In this document: piece by piece, positions 11,077 to 21,148 of the stretch
Layout: each line of letters opens with the position of its first letter
Position numbering within the stretch: the first letter of the stretch is position 1
From: Candidatus Poribacteria bacterium
Lineage (GTDB): Bacteria; Poribacteria; WGA-4E; PCPOR2b
Reading direction: 5' to 3'
DNA: 64,000 nucleotides
Assembly (NCBI GenBank): GCA_965215015.1
Contig: OZ244042.1
Location: 4,032,001 to 4,096,000, forward strand
Translations under genes and position numbers: made by a program
The notes under the pieces: model-generated
Database searches by the model: none
What the model was told of the DNA's origin: nothing
Seen by the model: the letters and a program-made list of their open reading frames with translations, nothing else

Positions 11077-11212
11077 TTTATTTTCTCCTTGTCGTCTATA
11101 GTATTGATGAAACTACAAGCCCAGCCCATCTGGATTTGCAGTCAATTTATTATAGCACACCTTAAAAAAACTAAAAAGCATAAAATGATGCCCCCTAGGG
11201 TCATTTATTTAA

Positions 11213-11722
11213 GGGGTGCTCATAATTATTGTCTGAATCGCGGATGGAAACTGATGAAGCAGATGGCCCGGATTCTTGCCCCGAAAATACCCTATATGTT
11301 GCACGACACGCCGGGCTCATTTAGCCTAGAACCGTAGCGCAATAGTGTGGATATCCTCGGGATTCAAAGCCATCTGAATCAGGATTTTCAGGATCCTGTG
11401 AGATAGATCTGAGAAAGGGGCCTCCTTATTGTCTGAATCACGGATTAAACAGAGGACACGGAGAACATGGATGGGGCACCCTCCGTGACCTCCAAAAAGT
11501 AGTAGGCACACTCCGCGTGCCGTAAACCACACAATCGTTATGGCACCGGCATGGCTAACACGCAACTTCTATTAAACTTCCAACCCGAATAGGAAAAAAC
11601 AAATATCCCCAACCCCGTCGGTAGGGCGTCTTGCCCCATCTCCCGCCGAGCCCCCTATCTGTATCCGATTCATCTGCGTCCTCTGCTGCATCCACGATTC
11701 AGACTATAATTATAAGCACCTC
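11213..11722. mobile_element. MITE-like element, family B (GGTGCTCATAATTATTGTCTGAATC ends)
   Basis: Inverted termini GGGGTGCTCATAATTATTGTCTGAATCGCGGAT and ATCCACGATTCAGACTATAATTATAAGCACCTC; related copies near 20485, 34869 and 46333-46441. Confidence 0.65.
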
Positions 11723-11893
11723 TCATTTAGTTTTCGATTTTCTAACCATTTTGTTTGAAAAGTCGCAACCGGGAGATTGGTCCCCGATAGATCGGGATGC
11801 AAGTTGAAAGCTCGCGGAACGGAGTGCCTACAGTGAGGTGTCGGGATTCGGAGATCTCTTCTGCAGAACTAAATGACCCTAAATGCCCACTTA

Positions 11894-13822
11894 TTAGTCT
11901 CGTCCGTAAATTGCATTGGTGTCTATCTTAGCAAGTCCATCAGCCGTGCCGATCCAAGCAGTGCTGGCACCTAGTGCAATGCAACTAACGATAGGCTCAT
12001 TGAGCCGACTGGAAGGAAAGTCGACGGGGTCTCGCCAACCCTCTGCGGTTTTGATCCACACACCACCATTGGTCGCAATCCATACTTTGGGTCCATCTGT
12101 GTTGCTTGGGCTTTTGGTAACAGCGATGTAAATGTTTTGATATGGTACTAGATCGACAAAGCGAAGGACCTCTTCAACTGTACTGCTCAAGTCATTGAGT
12201 TGAATTTCACCATATCCGTTGGCTTTGTCCGCATAATAATTCCATGTAAAGAAGACCTGATCGCTGCTGACATCAAAACTCACGATGGCACTACCGGGTG
12301 TCAAGTCAAGGTCAAGGATGCCAAAGTTTTGCCAATTGTCGAACTGTCGATTGTAGACTGCCATGCCGTTTTGAGAGGTGCCAATCCAACTCCTTTCCGG
12401 TGTGACAGCCAGTGCAACGATATCGTCGGCTGGTAATCCATGGCTTCCTTTGCTATAAGTCCTCCACTCTTCGGTTGACCGCAGATAACGGGCAACCCCT
12501 GCAAAAGTTCCGATCCAAACCTCATCATTAACGCTATCAATTTTGATGTCATATATTGTGTTATCCGGAAGCCCATTACGTATATCGAAAATGTCGGGAA
12601 ATGTTGTCAGCTTATTATAACGAATTATTCCGTGATTCAGCGTTCCAATCCACAATTCCTGTTCATCGACTGCGAGTGCCCGAACATCAATCGGCTTCTC
12701 TTCGTTAAACAGGGTGTTGATGTGGCCGGTTATGTCCGTCACCGGCTGCCACGTTCCCATATGGAGGTCAATTTGTGCTAACCCTTTTGGTGTACCAATC
12801 CATAGCGTTTCTCCGTCAACAGCAATCGCTTGGATCTGGTTGCTTGGTATCCCATCAGAGATAGTGTAGATTGTCCATGCACTTTCGCTTCTTTTCTTTC
12901 GCGCTTCATTCTTCAGTTTGAGATTTGATGTGTAAGAAATAGCAGAATTATAATCAGCGATTGCGTCTGTACTCTGCCGCAACTGTACATGAGCATCCCC
13001 CCGCGCGATATAAGCCTTGGCAAGCCACTGGCTTTGCGGATAATTTAGGATAAAATTACTTAATATTTCCACTGCAATCTCAGCACCCCCTAGTTTGGAC
13101 TGTAGGGCTCCGATAAGGTATAAAGCGCGTTCTATATGTTGACTGACCGGGAAGTATGCCACGGCTTCCTGGAGGATTTTGAGTCCCTCTTGGGGTTCAT
13201 CCAACTCCTCTGCCAACAGAAAGCCTGCGGTGTAAGCTGCGGCCTCTGCACCGTAGCGATCGGGATAAATTTGAAATAACAGCAGGTAGGTATTAACCGC
13301 TTTGCGGTATTCTTCAGCAGCGAGGTAAGCATCGCCTGCTTCCTTAAACTTATCTTCTAGACCGTATGCGTTGGGATTAATCTTCACAACGTGCCCAAAA
13401 TATCGCAGTGCCTCATCTTTGTTCCCTTCCGCTTGGAAGAGGAGAGCGAGCTGATAGTGTGCGTCAGTATATTTGGGATATTCGTCAATTGCCTTCATAA
13501 AATTTGCTTTCGCTCTCTCGTACATATCTAATTGTAGGAACGTCTGACCGTTGAGAAAGTGTTTTTCAGCAGCCTCACTGGGGATAGCACGCGAATCATC
13601 GAAAGCTGTGATATAGACGATTTCATCGAAGGGGATTGAGAGTCTCTGATCGTAGACTTCAATCTGGATCGATTTTTCGTCACCACCTAGCCAACGCCCC
13701 TTGAGATGATCCCCGTTTTCGAGGTAAATTGATATGTGGTATTGTCCATAACCGATGTGTGCACATAAAAGAACTGGGATGAGCCAGATTAGTAGGTGTT
13801 TAAAGTTAAATATCTGTTTCAT
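11894..13822 (-). CDS. Secreted TPR-repeat protein with C-terminal beta-propeller (two-component regulator propeller-like repeats)
   Basis: N-terminal signal peptide; TPR helices (AHYQLA, ALYLIG, AYIARGDAH); repeated LWIGT/VWIGT/GLPxxxI blades. Confidence 0.8.
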   Translation of the reverse strand: MKQIFNFKHLLIWLIPVLLCAHIGYGQYHISIYLENGDHLKGRWLGGDEKSIQIEVYDQRLSIPFDEIVYITAFDDSRAIPSEAAEKHFLNGQTFLQLDMYERAKANFMKAIDEYPKYTDAHYQLALLFQAEGNKDEALRYFGHVVKINPNAYGLEDKFKEAGDAYLAAEEYRKAVNTYLLLFQIYPDRYGAEAAAYTAGFLLAEELDEPQEGLKILQEAVAYFPVSQHIERALYLIGALQSKLGGAEIAVEILSNFILNYPQSQWLAKAYIARGDAHVQLRQSTDAIADYNSAISYTSNLKLKNEARKKRSESAWTIYTISDGIPSNQIQAIAVDGETLWIGTPKGLAQIDLHMGTWQPVTDITGHINTLFNEEKPIDVRALAVDEQELWIGTLNHGIIRYNKLTTFPDIFDIRNGLPDNTIYDIKIDSVNDEVWIGTFAGVARYLRSTEEWRTYSKGSHGLPADDIVALAVTPERSWIGTSQNGMAVYNRQFDNWQNFGILDLDLTPGSAIVSFDVSSDQVFFTWNYYADKANGYGEIQLNDLSSTVEEVLRFVDLVPYQNIYIAVTKSPSNTDGPKVWIATNGGVWIKTAEGWRDPVDFPSSRLNEPIVSCIALGASTAWIGTADGLAKIDTNAIYGRD

Positions 13823-14241
13823 TTGATTTCCTCACGCGATTACAAAGTTGTGATGAACGTATTACGTTATCTTGCCCTCTAGCGGTTGTAGGCATATGGT
13901 CTGTCACCGTTTATTTTATTAGGTGTCATTATCTTTTAGCCAACTGACCAGAACTGGCAGCCCAAATCTGCTTATATCGGGTTGCCGTTTGCCGTTATAG
14001 TATACAGTAGCCCCCAATAGCTGTCAAGACGCAGAAATAACGCAAGTTGATACTATCCCAGTAGGTTGAGATTCATATCCCGACGCTCAAATGTCAATTT
14101 TGGAAAATCAACCTACTATCTAAAACGGCCTTGGGGTGCACTGAGTGCCTATTGCACGTCGGAACCTTCATTACTTGACAAATCAGGGCTGTTTTGATAA
14201 TATCTACTAAGTTTTTAGAAATAACGTTGCCCGACTTGATT

Positions 14242-15087
14242 CTAGTTCCCAATTTTATAAAATTGTTTCGCGTTCTCGTGAAAGAGTTTTTGCCTGTCCA
14301 TATCGGTGGCTTCCTGTACTGCCCACAGCAAGGCTTCTACCCACTGTTGGTAGTCAGCGGCTAACGTGCAGACGGGCCAATCGCTGCCGAACATGAGACG
14401 GTCATAGCCAAACGCCGTTACGAGGCGATCGATATACGGCTTTAGCTCTGCTTTCGTCCAGTTCTGGCTAGCAGTTGTTACGATCCCTGAAACTTTGCAA
14501 TGCACGTTATCAAACGAAGCAAGCTCGCTGATATGGTCAGCCCATGGCTGAAATTGTTTCCCTTTTATATCGGGTCCCCCGCAGTGGTTGACTGCGTGTC
14601 GCACATTTGGTGTTGCCTTCACTAAATCGATAGCCGCAGGCAGCTGTTGATGATTGGCACAAAGGTCAAAAGAGAGGTCAAACTTCTCAAGCAGTTGCAC
14701 TCCTTTGGTGAGCTCGGGGCTTCGATAGAACTGGTCATCGGGATGGTGCCACGCCATACGACGAATCGCAACTACGTGCTCGTACTCAACGAGTTGCTTG
14801 AGGATTTCCTCAGTATTTGGGGCTTCAAGCGGTGCAGATGCAACGATGGCACCAATCATACTATCTGTTTGCACAATCTGTGCCAACCACTTGACCTCCT
14901 CAACGATGTGCGCGGGTGCCACATCTGCTTCGACATGGACGGATCGGACAACATTGATTCCCTCGCAGGCTTGACGATAATCCTCGATTAGATAGCGTTT
15001 GCCAAGAGCATCGAAACCGTCCAACCAGGGGTAACTCAAGTTTGAGGTATCCCAGAGATGCTGATGTGTGTCAATGATTTTTAGCAT
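14242..15087 (-). CDS. Amidohydrolase family protein (L-fuconolactone hydrolase-like)
   Basis: IIDTHQHLWD, NHCGGP, CKVSG and RLMFGSDWPV motifs. Confidence 0.88.
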   Translation of the reverse strand: MLKIIDTHQHLWDTSNLSYPWLDGFDALGKRYLIEDYRQACEGINVVRSVHVEADVAPAHIVEEVKWLAQIVQTDSMIGAIVASAPLEAPNTEEILKQLVEYEHVVAIRRMAWHHPDDQFYRSPELTKGVQLLEKFDLSFDLCANHQQLPAAIDLVKATPNVRHAVNHCGGPDIKGKQFQPWADHISELASFDNVHCKVSGIVTTASQNWTKAELKPYIDRLVTAFGYDRLMFGSDWPVCTLAADYQQWVEALLWAVQEATDMDRQKLFHENAKQFYKIGN

Positions 15088-15289
15088 TTGTGTCCACCTT
15101 TTCTGATTGTTCAATTATCTGCGGGGTGCTCATAAACATGTGTCTCGAATTATGCACACTCCTCAAGTATCTTTGCTAAGGTTTTATCACGGCGTAACCC
15201 CTTGAATGTGTGCGAGGTGTGTATTTTTTACTACATCTCTACTATGACGTTAAAATCGCTTTTTCACCTCCTTTCTTAGGTCCGGTACT

Positions 15290-16354
15290 ATGTCCAATCG
15301 TCGCCTTCCCAATATTCGCAAAATTTTAATCATCCGCAACGATGGCATTGGTGACCTGCTCAATTCAACGCCCGCTATCGCGTTATTGCGTCAAAATTAC
15401 GCCGATGCAGAAATCACGGTGCTCGTCCAACCGTTAAATGCCCCAATCCTGGTTGGCAACCCGGATGTTGATCGGGTGCTGATTTTTGGCAGGGAAGGCG
15501 AACATCGCCGATTGCGAGATCGATTGCGATTTTACCAAAGTTTACGACATGAGGAGTATGACCTTGCCGTTGCGATGCGGACCACCTCATGGTGTAACCT
15601 TGTCACATTCCTATCAGGCGCGAGGTATCGGTTGGGACGCTATCAAAAGCGATTCAAAAGTTTCCTGACACACCCTTGGCGGGGACAGTACAAGAAAGGA
15701 GAGGTCCACGAAGTCGATCGAAATCTTGGTTTGGTGCGGTTGATTTGCGATGGGGCCGAGCATCGTCAGCTAGTGTTAAATCTGCTGGATAATGAAATTA
15801 TAGGCACACAACAACTGTTAGCAGATTGGGAAATCGCGCCGCAAGACTTCGTTGTAGGCATCCATCCGGGGGGTAGTTCGTTTGATAAGCGATGGCCCGA
15901 AGAAAACTACGCCCAAATTGCCGATGGGCTTGCACACGAATACGGTGCGAAGATTTTGATTCTTCGAGGGCCTGACGAGGCGGAGTTGGCTCGAAACCTC
16001 CAGAAAGCCGCACAATCCGAGTCCATTGCCTACGCCCCGAAGTCGATACGTGAGCTGGCTGCTTTGATTAAACGTTGCGATTTCTTTGTGTGTAACGATT
16101 CAGGCCCCATGCACATCGCTGCGGCTTTGGATGTGCGAACTGTTGCGATTTTTGGTCCGACCGATCATGTCGCTTGGAGGCCACTCAGTGAGGAAGCAAC
16201 GATTGTCAGACGGGATATGCCCTGTTGGCCCTGTAGTGCCCACAAATGCAAGATTGGCTGGGAATGTACGAAGAGATTGCCGGTTGATACTGTATGGGGT
16301 CGGGTGGAGGAGTGGACAAAGAATACAATAGACGCTATCGACCAAAAGCAGTGA
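15290..16354 (+). CDS. Glycosyltransferase family 9 (LPS heptosyltransferase-like)
   Basis: KILIIRNDGIGDLL, IHPGG..KRWP and NDSGPMHIAAAL..VAIFGPT motifs. Confidence 0.9.
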   Translation: MSNRRLPNIRKILIIRNDGIGDLLNSTPAIALLRQNYADAEITVLVQPLNAPILVGNPDVDRVLIFGREGEHRRLRDRLRFYQSLRHEEYDLAVAMRTTSWCNLVTFLSGARYRLGRYQKRFKSFLTHPWRGQYKKGEVHEVDRNLGLVRLICDGAEHRQLVLNLLDNEIIGTQQLLADWEIAPQDFVVGIHPGGSSFDKRWPEENYAQIADGLAHEYGAKILILRGPDEAELARNLQKAAQSESIAYAPKSIRELAALIKRCDFFVCNDSGPMHIAAALDVRTVAIFGPTDHVAWRPLSEEATIVRRDMPCWPCSAHKCKIGWECTKRLPVDTVWGRVEEWTKNTIDAIDQKQ

Positions 16355-16416
16355 TATGGGTGCCCTATTACATGCAGTCAATACGAAGATTCACTCAACT
16401 CCTGTTATTATCGCCC

Positions 16417-17190
16417 CTAAATGAATAGCTCACACACCGTATCGGCACATTTCAAAACGGTGCGATCATCAATCCTCACGGCACCTCGACGGAGATACCC
16501 CTCAATGGATTGCCCTTCAAGGACACGGATTTCCTGTTTATAAGGAGGCTCGATTTTCAGCGGTGTAATCCGGTTAATATTTTTGCACGCTTCAGCCACT
16601 GTTTTTCGGATGGATTCCCTCGATTTCTGGGGAGATAGGTGCAAAGCGAGCTCTTGCCCAAGCCCTTGTTTCGTTTCTACGGCGTATATGTTGGAAATTA
16701 GTTGTTGGGCTTCAACAACCGCTTTATCATCGCCTGAAATGAATGCTGTCGGCACGTCAAATTCCCCTGCCATCGCTGCACGGCAACCAAACTCCCCAAT
16801 CAACCTCTCATTGAGTTTATAGTGTTCGATGGCTCTTGACGAGTAGGTGTGGCTCAATGGTGCGTTCGGTGTGCCCGCCATCGCATGCTGTCCAACGAAA
16901 AGAAGTGCGTCATAGGTTTCATCGAGGTAGTAGGGCGGACCGATGGGCCCTCTCGCAATCAATTTCGCTTCCGGATGAAATTCTAACACATCAATCCCAC
17001 CGTTGCCGTGTCCATCCCAAACAACAATCTCTGCTGCCGGATCCACCGCCAAGATTCCATCAACAGCCGCATTGACTTCCCATGTTAGTAGTTTCATGGC
17101 GGTTTGTTTTTGTGGTCCCTCTTCGCGGGTTTGACTAAATCGGGACACCATCGCAGGGCCTTCTAAATCAGTGAGAATATAGATTTTCAT
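16417..17190 (-). CDS. M55 family D-aminopeptidase (DppA-like)
   Basis: MKIYILTDLEG, EVNAA, DGHG, GQHA, LSHTY, GEFG and ISGDD motifs. Confidence 0.9.
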   Translation of the reverse strand: MKIYILTDLEGPAMVSRFSQTREEGPQKQTAMKLLTWEVNAAVDGILAVDPAAEIVVWDGHGNGGIDVLEFHPEAKLIARGPIGPPYYLDETYDALLFVGQHAMAGTPNAPLSHTYSSRAIEHYKLNERLIGEFGCRAAMAGEFDVPTAFISGDDKAVVEAQQLISNIYAVETKQGLGQELALHLSPQKSRESIRKTVAEACKNINRITPLKIEPPYKQEIRVLEGQSIEGYLRRGAVRIDDRTVLKCADTVCELFI

Positions 17191-17224
17191 CAAACCCTCT
17201 TTTTATGCTTGGCACATTTTGTTG

Positions 17225-17635
17225 TCATTTCTTCTTGAGATAGGGAAGCAGTAACTCATGAGCAGTCACCACATTGACCGCAAGAGAATCCAAAGCGAGC
17301 AGCAGTTCGTTCGCATCCATGTTTTCTGTTGCAAGGCTATCCACTAGGACGATGTGTTGGTCATCGGGATCACTTGAATCAATTCCAAAACAGGTTGGCA
17401 GGATTTCAGTGTTTTGATCAAGGATTTTTCCGTAGATTTCCACAAGTTTCGACATATCAAGATCGTTGAGGCTGCACAGATCTACCATAAATTCAATCTG
17501 CGTATCATCAACCACGGCAAACATATTGAGTCCATCTTCATCTTGGATGATAAGGATACTATCCTCTGTAGTAATGCTATATCCCTGTTCGTCTAGGAAT
17601 ACGGTGATGTCTACCGGTGTGTTTAATTTTGCCAT
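17225..17635 (-). CDS. YjfI/DUF2170-like (CesT-fold) PspA-associated protein
   Basis: Acidic 136-aa protein with a ...LDQNTEILPTCFGI...LVDSL...E...LDSLAVN pattern, directly downstream of pspA. Confidence 0.55.
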   Translation of the reverse strand: MAKLNTPVDITVFLDEQGYSITTEDSILIIQDEDGLNMFAVVDDTQIEFMVDLCSLNDLDMSKLVEIYGKILDQNTEILPTCFGIDSSDPDDQHIVLVDSLATENMDANELLLALDSLAVNVVTAHELLLPYLKKK

Positions 17636-17706
17636 CGCTCTTCTCCTTCACTGCAACATTTCAAAGATACTTCAGCCGGATCTATCGGTATATCAGGAGC
17701 CTGTTT

Positions 17707-18384
17707 TTAGGCATTTTTACTTTCGCCCATCTTGGCTTTCAAGGCTGCCAGGTCATCGTCCACATTCCCCGTCTCAAGGGCAGCAAATTCCTCCTCAAGC
17801 GGGTCACGGCTTAATTCAGACATCTCCGAGGCGGCGTCAGCTCGCGCTTCCATATCTCCAACTTTCTGCTCCATGCGATCGAAGGTTGCAAAAGCACTAT
17901 TATCCTTCATACCTGCCATTGTTTCATGGATTGCTTTCTGCGCCTTCGCCCGTTTTTGTCGCGCAATCAGCAGGTTTTTCTTACGGGCTGCTTCATCAAT
18001 TTTTCGCTCAAGGGTTCGGAGATTATCCTTGAGCATGGTAACGGCTTGCTTCTGCTTATCCCACTGTTCCTTATAACCCTGGGCAACACTCGCATGCTCA
18101 TTGCGCCGTGTCAATGCTTCCCGTGCAAGGTCTTCGTTCTCTCTCTGGAGGGCAATTGTCGCTTTCTGTTCCCAACCGTCTGCTTGCTCCTGCTCATTTT
18201 CATAGTCCTTTTGGAGCCGCTTTTCCTGTGCAATAGCGGTGGCAACTTGCTGTTTGACGTTTACCAGCTGCTCCTGCATCTCATTCGTTATCTGGTTCAA
18301 CATCTTTTCCGGATCTTCTGCTTGGTCCAACGCGGCATTCACATTGGATTTGAAGATGGTGGATATACGATTAAAAAATCCCAT
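17707..18384 (-). CDS. pspA: PspA/IM30 family protein
   Basis: MGFFNRISTIFKSNVNAALDQAEDPEKML start; coiled coil; EDLAREAL; FDRMEQKV; VDDDLAALKAKM end. Confidence 0.93.
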   Translation of the reverse strand: MGFFNRISTIFKSNVNAALDQAEDPEKMLNQITNEMQEQLVNVKQQVATAIAQEKRLQKDYENEQEQADGWEQKATIALQRENEDLAREALTRRNEHASVAQGYKEQWDKQKQAVTMLKDNLRTLERKIDEAARKKNLLIARQKRAKAQKAIHETMAGMKDNSAFATFDRMEQKVGDMEARADAASEMSELSRDPLEEEFAALETGNVDDDLAALKAKMGESKNA

Positions 18385-18456
18385 TTTATGCCTCCTAAGA
18401 ATATATAATATAGTGGTTAGTGTAGGTTCCGAAATTTAATCTGCTAAAACTGAAGT

Positions 18457-18488
18457 TCAATTATAACCGAAAATTTTGCCATTGCCAA
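18457..18488 (-). promoter_or_regulatory. Putative sigma70 promoter of the pspA operon
   Basis: Minus strand reads TTGGCA-N17-TATAAT; coordinates approximate. Confidence 0.5.
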
Positions 18489-18543
18489 CCAAAAAATTAG
18501 GAATCTATGTCTGGCTTGATAAATGATACCTCCCTATTAGGTA

Positions 18544-20436
18544 TCATTCCAGCAAAATCATCTTCCGGGTATCGCTTTCCCCTTGGAATTCTAGGGTGTA
18601 GAAATAGGTGCCGCTTGCTGCGCGCTCACCGTCAAAATTGCGCCCATCCCAATAAGCGGCACGATGTTTGTCAGAATAATCTCCAGAAGCAAGTTTTCCG
18701 AGTTCAAGAAGGTTAATTAAGTGTCCATCAGCGTTGTAAACCCGAATGGTTACTTGACCGGGGGCTGCCAACTTAAAGGGCATCCACGTTTCCGCATTGA
18801 ACGGGTTAGGGTAATTCGGAAAAAGTTCGCCTTGTTTCAATATGCCCCAAGTCGTTGATAGCAGATTCGGAGCTAGATCGACCGCAATGGGTTTTGGAAA
18901 TCCCGTGTGTCCAAACTGATCGATTAATCTGTTATAGGCGGCTTGTGCACGAATAATGCCGTAACCGGCGATATTATCGGGCTTGTTCGATTGCGAAGCT
19001 GTCATGCGAAGCGCATTGACAATATCCTGCACCGTTGCAAGAGGAAAGGCTTGCATCAGCAACGCAACAACACCAGCAGCGAGAGGCGTCGCAGATGATG
19101 TGCCGCGATAGTCGCTAGAAAAGCCTCCACGCGTGGCTGGATTGATGCTTGTGACGCCTTCACCCATTGCCATCAAATCTGGTTTAATCCGTCGATCAAA
19201 CGTAGGGCCTCGTGAACTAAATGGTAACACCTGTCCATCGCGGTCCACAGCCCCGATTGCAAGAACGTCAAACCCATCTGCGGGGGGAGTAATTCGTCCT
19301 GGCAGTCCACACGCATCGTTTGGCGGCTGGGCACCAAGATTGCCAGCAGCGATAACGACAGGCAGCCCTTTTTGAACGGCGAGGTTTGCAGCAACCGTAA
19401 CTTTTGCGGTTTTCCCATCCAAGTCTGCGAAACGATACCAATCAAAATAACCGAGCGAACTGCTTACCAGATCTGCGCCCATCTCCTCAAGCCACTCAAC
19501 CCCCTCAATCCACCAGTCTTCTTCGATTTTCTCCTCAAACAGGAAACCATTCTGTGAAACTTTCTCCGTTTTTCCGAAGAGGTAGCGGGCCCGGGGGGCG
19601 ACACCGATGAGTTGACCTGGCGCGTCGCCAGCGAGGAGACCCAATATCACTGACCCGTGGTCATCCTGATTTGGATTATCCTGATCCACCTCATCGGCAG
19701 TATTAACGTCATTGTTGACAAAATCGCGTTGGGCAATAACATCTACACGCTCAAGGGCGGTATGTTCCAGATTGAACCCTGTATCCAGTAATCCGATAAC
19801 GATATTCTCCCCGAAAAATCCTTCTTGGTGTAGGAAATCTGCTTGGATTTGTGTAATTTGTGTCCGAGCGGCCCCGTAGTCCAGGGACTGGCCTGGGGAA
19901 GGGGCACTGGGGGACAACGAACCATCAACTGGAAACCTAACAGTCGCTGTGTACCGACGGATGGGATCAATGGCGCGGACACATGGCAGAAGGGCAATCG
20001 CACGAATCTCCTGTGCTGTTGTCTCCAACCCAATGCCATTTAGCCATCGGCTCTTACTGCGGAGTTTTCCTCCCAACCTAAGCACCATCTCAATATAGCG
20101 AGGTTCAATGGGCAAATCTGTGAAGTCCGGACGACTGAGATGTGTACGCAACTCGCGCCGACGCTTTGCCTGACTTGACATTTGGTCTTGATACTGATCT
20201 AACCCCCTTTGTAGGTCTGCCCTCGTCGAAATGCCTTTGTCAGCAAACAGCACCCACACCTTTAGCGTTTCACTAGGAGTATGAAAACGAATGGATGGGG
20301 AAATCTTAAGGTATGGGTTGGGATTCGCTATTGTAGGAGGGGCTGCCATGAATAAGAAGAATGTGAGAATAGAATAAATTAATTGGCAAAGTAGGATTCG
20401 CCGCAGATTCCTAGATTCTTGGGTGCCTATATCCAT
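18544..20436 (-). CDS. S8 subtilisin-like serine peptidase with C-terminal FlgD-Ig/secretion-tail domain
   Basis: Triad motifs LDTG, HGS and GTSSATP; AAGN; C-terminal NYPNPFN...WDGRN..GE..ASGTYFY...RKMILL. Confidence 0.92.
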   Translation of the reverse strand: MDIGTQESRNLRRILLCQLIYSILTFFLFMAAPPTIANPNPYLKISPSIRFHTPSETLKVWVLFADKGISTRADLQRGLDQYQDQMSSQAKRRRELRTHLSRPDFTDLPIEPRYIEMVLRLGGKLRSKSRWLNGIGLETTAQEIRAIALLPCVRAIDPIRRYTATVRFPVDGSLSPSAPSPGQSLDYGAARTQITQIQADFLHQEGFFGENIVIGLLDTGFNLEHTALERVDVIAQRDFVNNDVNTADEVDQDNPNQDDHGSVILGLLAGDAPGQLIGVAPRARYLFGKTEKVSQNGFLFEEKIEEDWWIEGVEWLEEMGADLVSSSLGYFDWYRFADLDGKTAKVTVAANLAVQKGLPVVIAAGNLGAQPPNDACGLPGRITPPADGFDVLAIGAVDRDGQVLPFSSRGPTFDRRIKPDLMAMGEGVTSINPATRGGFSSDYRGTSSATPLAAGVVALLMQAFPLATVQDIVNALRMTASQSNKPDNIAGYGIIRAQAAYNRLIDQFGHTGFPKPIAVDLAPNLLSTTWGILKQGELFPNYPNPFNAETWMPFKLAAPGQVTIRVYNADGHLINLLELGKLASGDYSDKHRAAYWDGRNFDGERAASGTYFYTLEFQGESDTRKMILLE

Positions 20437-20618
20437 TGTTGTTTAAGGGAACATCTTTATGTCTGCTGCATCTACTTAACCCCCGATTCAGACAATTATT
20501 ATGAGGTCTTAAGGAATCTCTACAAGCGTTTAGCCTTTCGGTGCATCCCACGGCGAGGTTTCCCAAATTTTATTCTATCATATTTATCGGGGAAAAATCA
20601 ACAAAATTAACCCATTGG

Positions 20619-20645
20619 CCCCAAGCATAAATGCTTGGGCTTGCC
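20619..20645. repeat. IS200/IS605-type end hairpin
   Basis: CCCAAGCATAAATGCTTGGG perfect hairpin followed by CTTG. Confidence 0.45.
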
Positions 20646-20760
20646 TAGATGTTGGTCAAAACAGTGGCAACTCCCGGTAACATTCTTGGGTTATCAAAAT
20701 CTTCCAATCTAAAACCCCGTCATTCGTGGCGAATAAGCGTGTTATAAAGACAAAAAACTA

Positions 20761-20790
20761 TTGAATTCATAGGCAAACATAGTGTATACT
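20761..20790 (+). promoter_or_regulatory. Putative sigma70 promoter driving the non-coding element at 20797
   Basis: TTGAAT-N18-TATACT; the predicted start 7 nt downstream coincides with the start of homology to the second copy. Confidence 0.5.
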
Positions 20791-20796
20791 TCTGCT

Positions 20797-21106
20797 GTCC
20801 ACGGGTTGAGAGGATGAAACATCGGACCCCCTCAATGCTCTCAGCTCTCAACTGCCCGTTGCATTGGGTTGCGTGAATGTGGAAAACACGAGATACCCCA
20901 AAAATATACGCTGAATTGGACTCACTCCTGTGAAAAACCGGTATTCCGATACGGCGTTAAGTTTTGACACAGCATGTGGCTTTGCAGTATCGGTCGCTCT
21001 CACCGGTTTCAGAGCGTTTCCGTAGGGCGCGATGGCCTACGCCGCCGGGTTTGCACGCTGCATTGCCCCCAAAAGAATCCCCGTCTTTAGTGCGGGGAAC
21101 GGTCAA
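20797..21106 (+). ncRNA. Putative structured RNA / non-autonomous IS200-IS605 derivative, copy A
   Basis: Block homology to the reverse complement of 23936-24247; ends in a GAATCCCCG...CGGGGAACGGTCAA right-end-type hairpin. Confidence 0.55.
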
Positions 21107-21118
21107 GCCCATAAAAAC

Positions 21119-21148
21119 TTGACACACATTTATTATCTGAAGTAGGAT
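21119..21148 (+). promoter_or_regulatory. Putative sigma70 promoter of the TonB receptor gene
   Basis: TTGACA-N18-TAGGAT. Confidence 0.4.
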
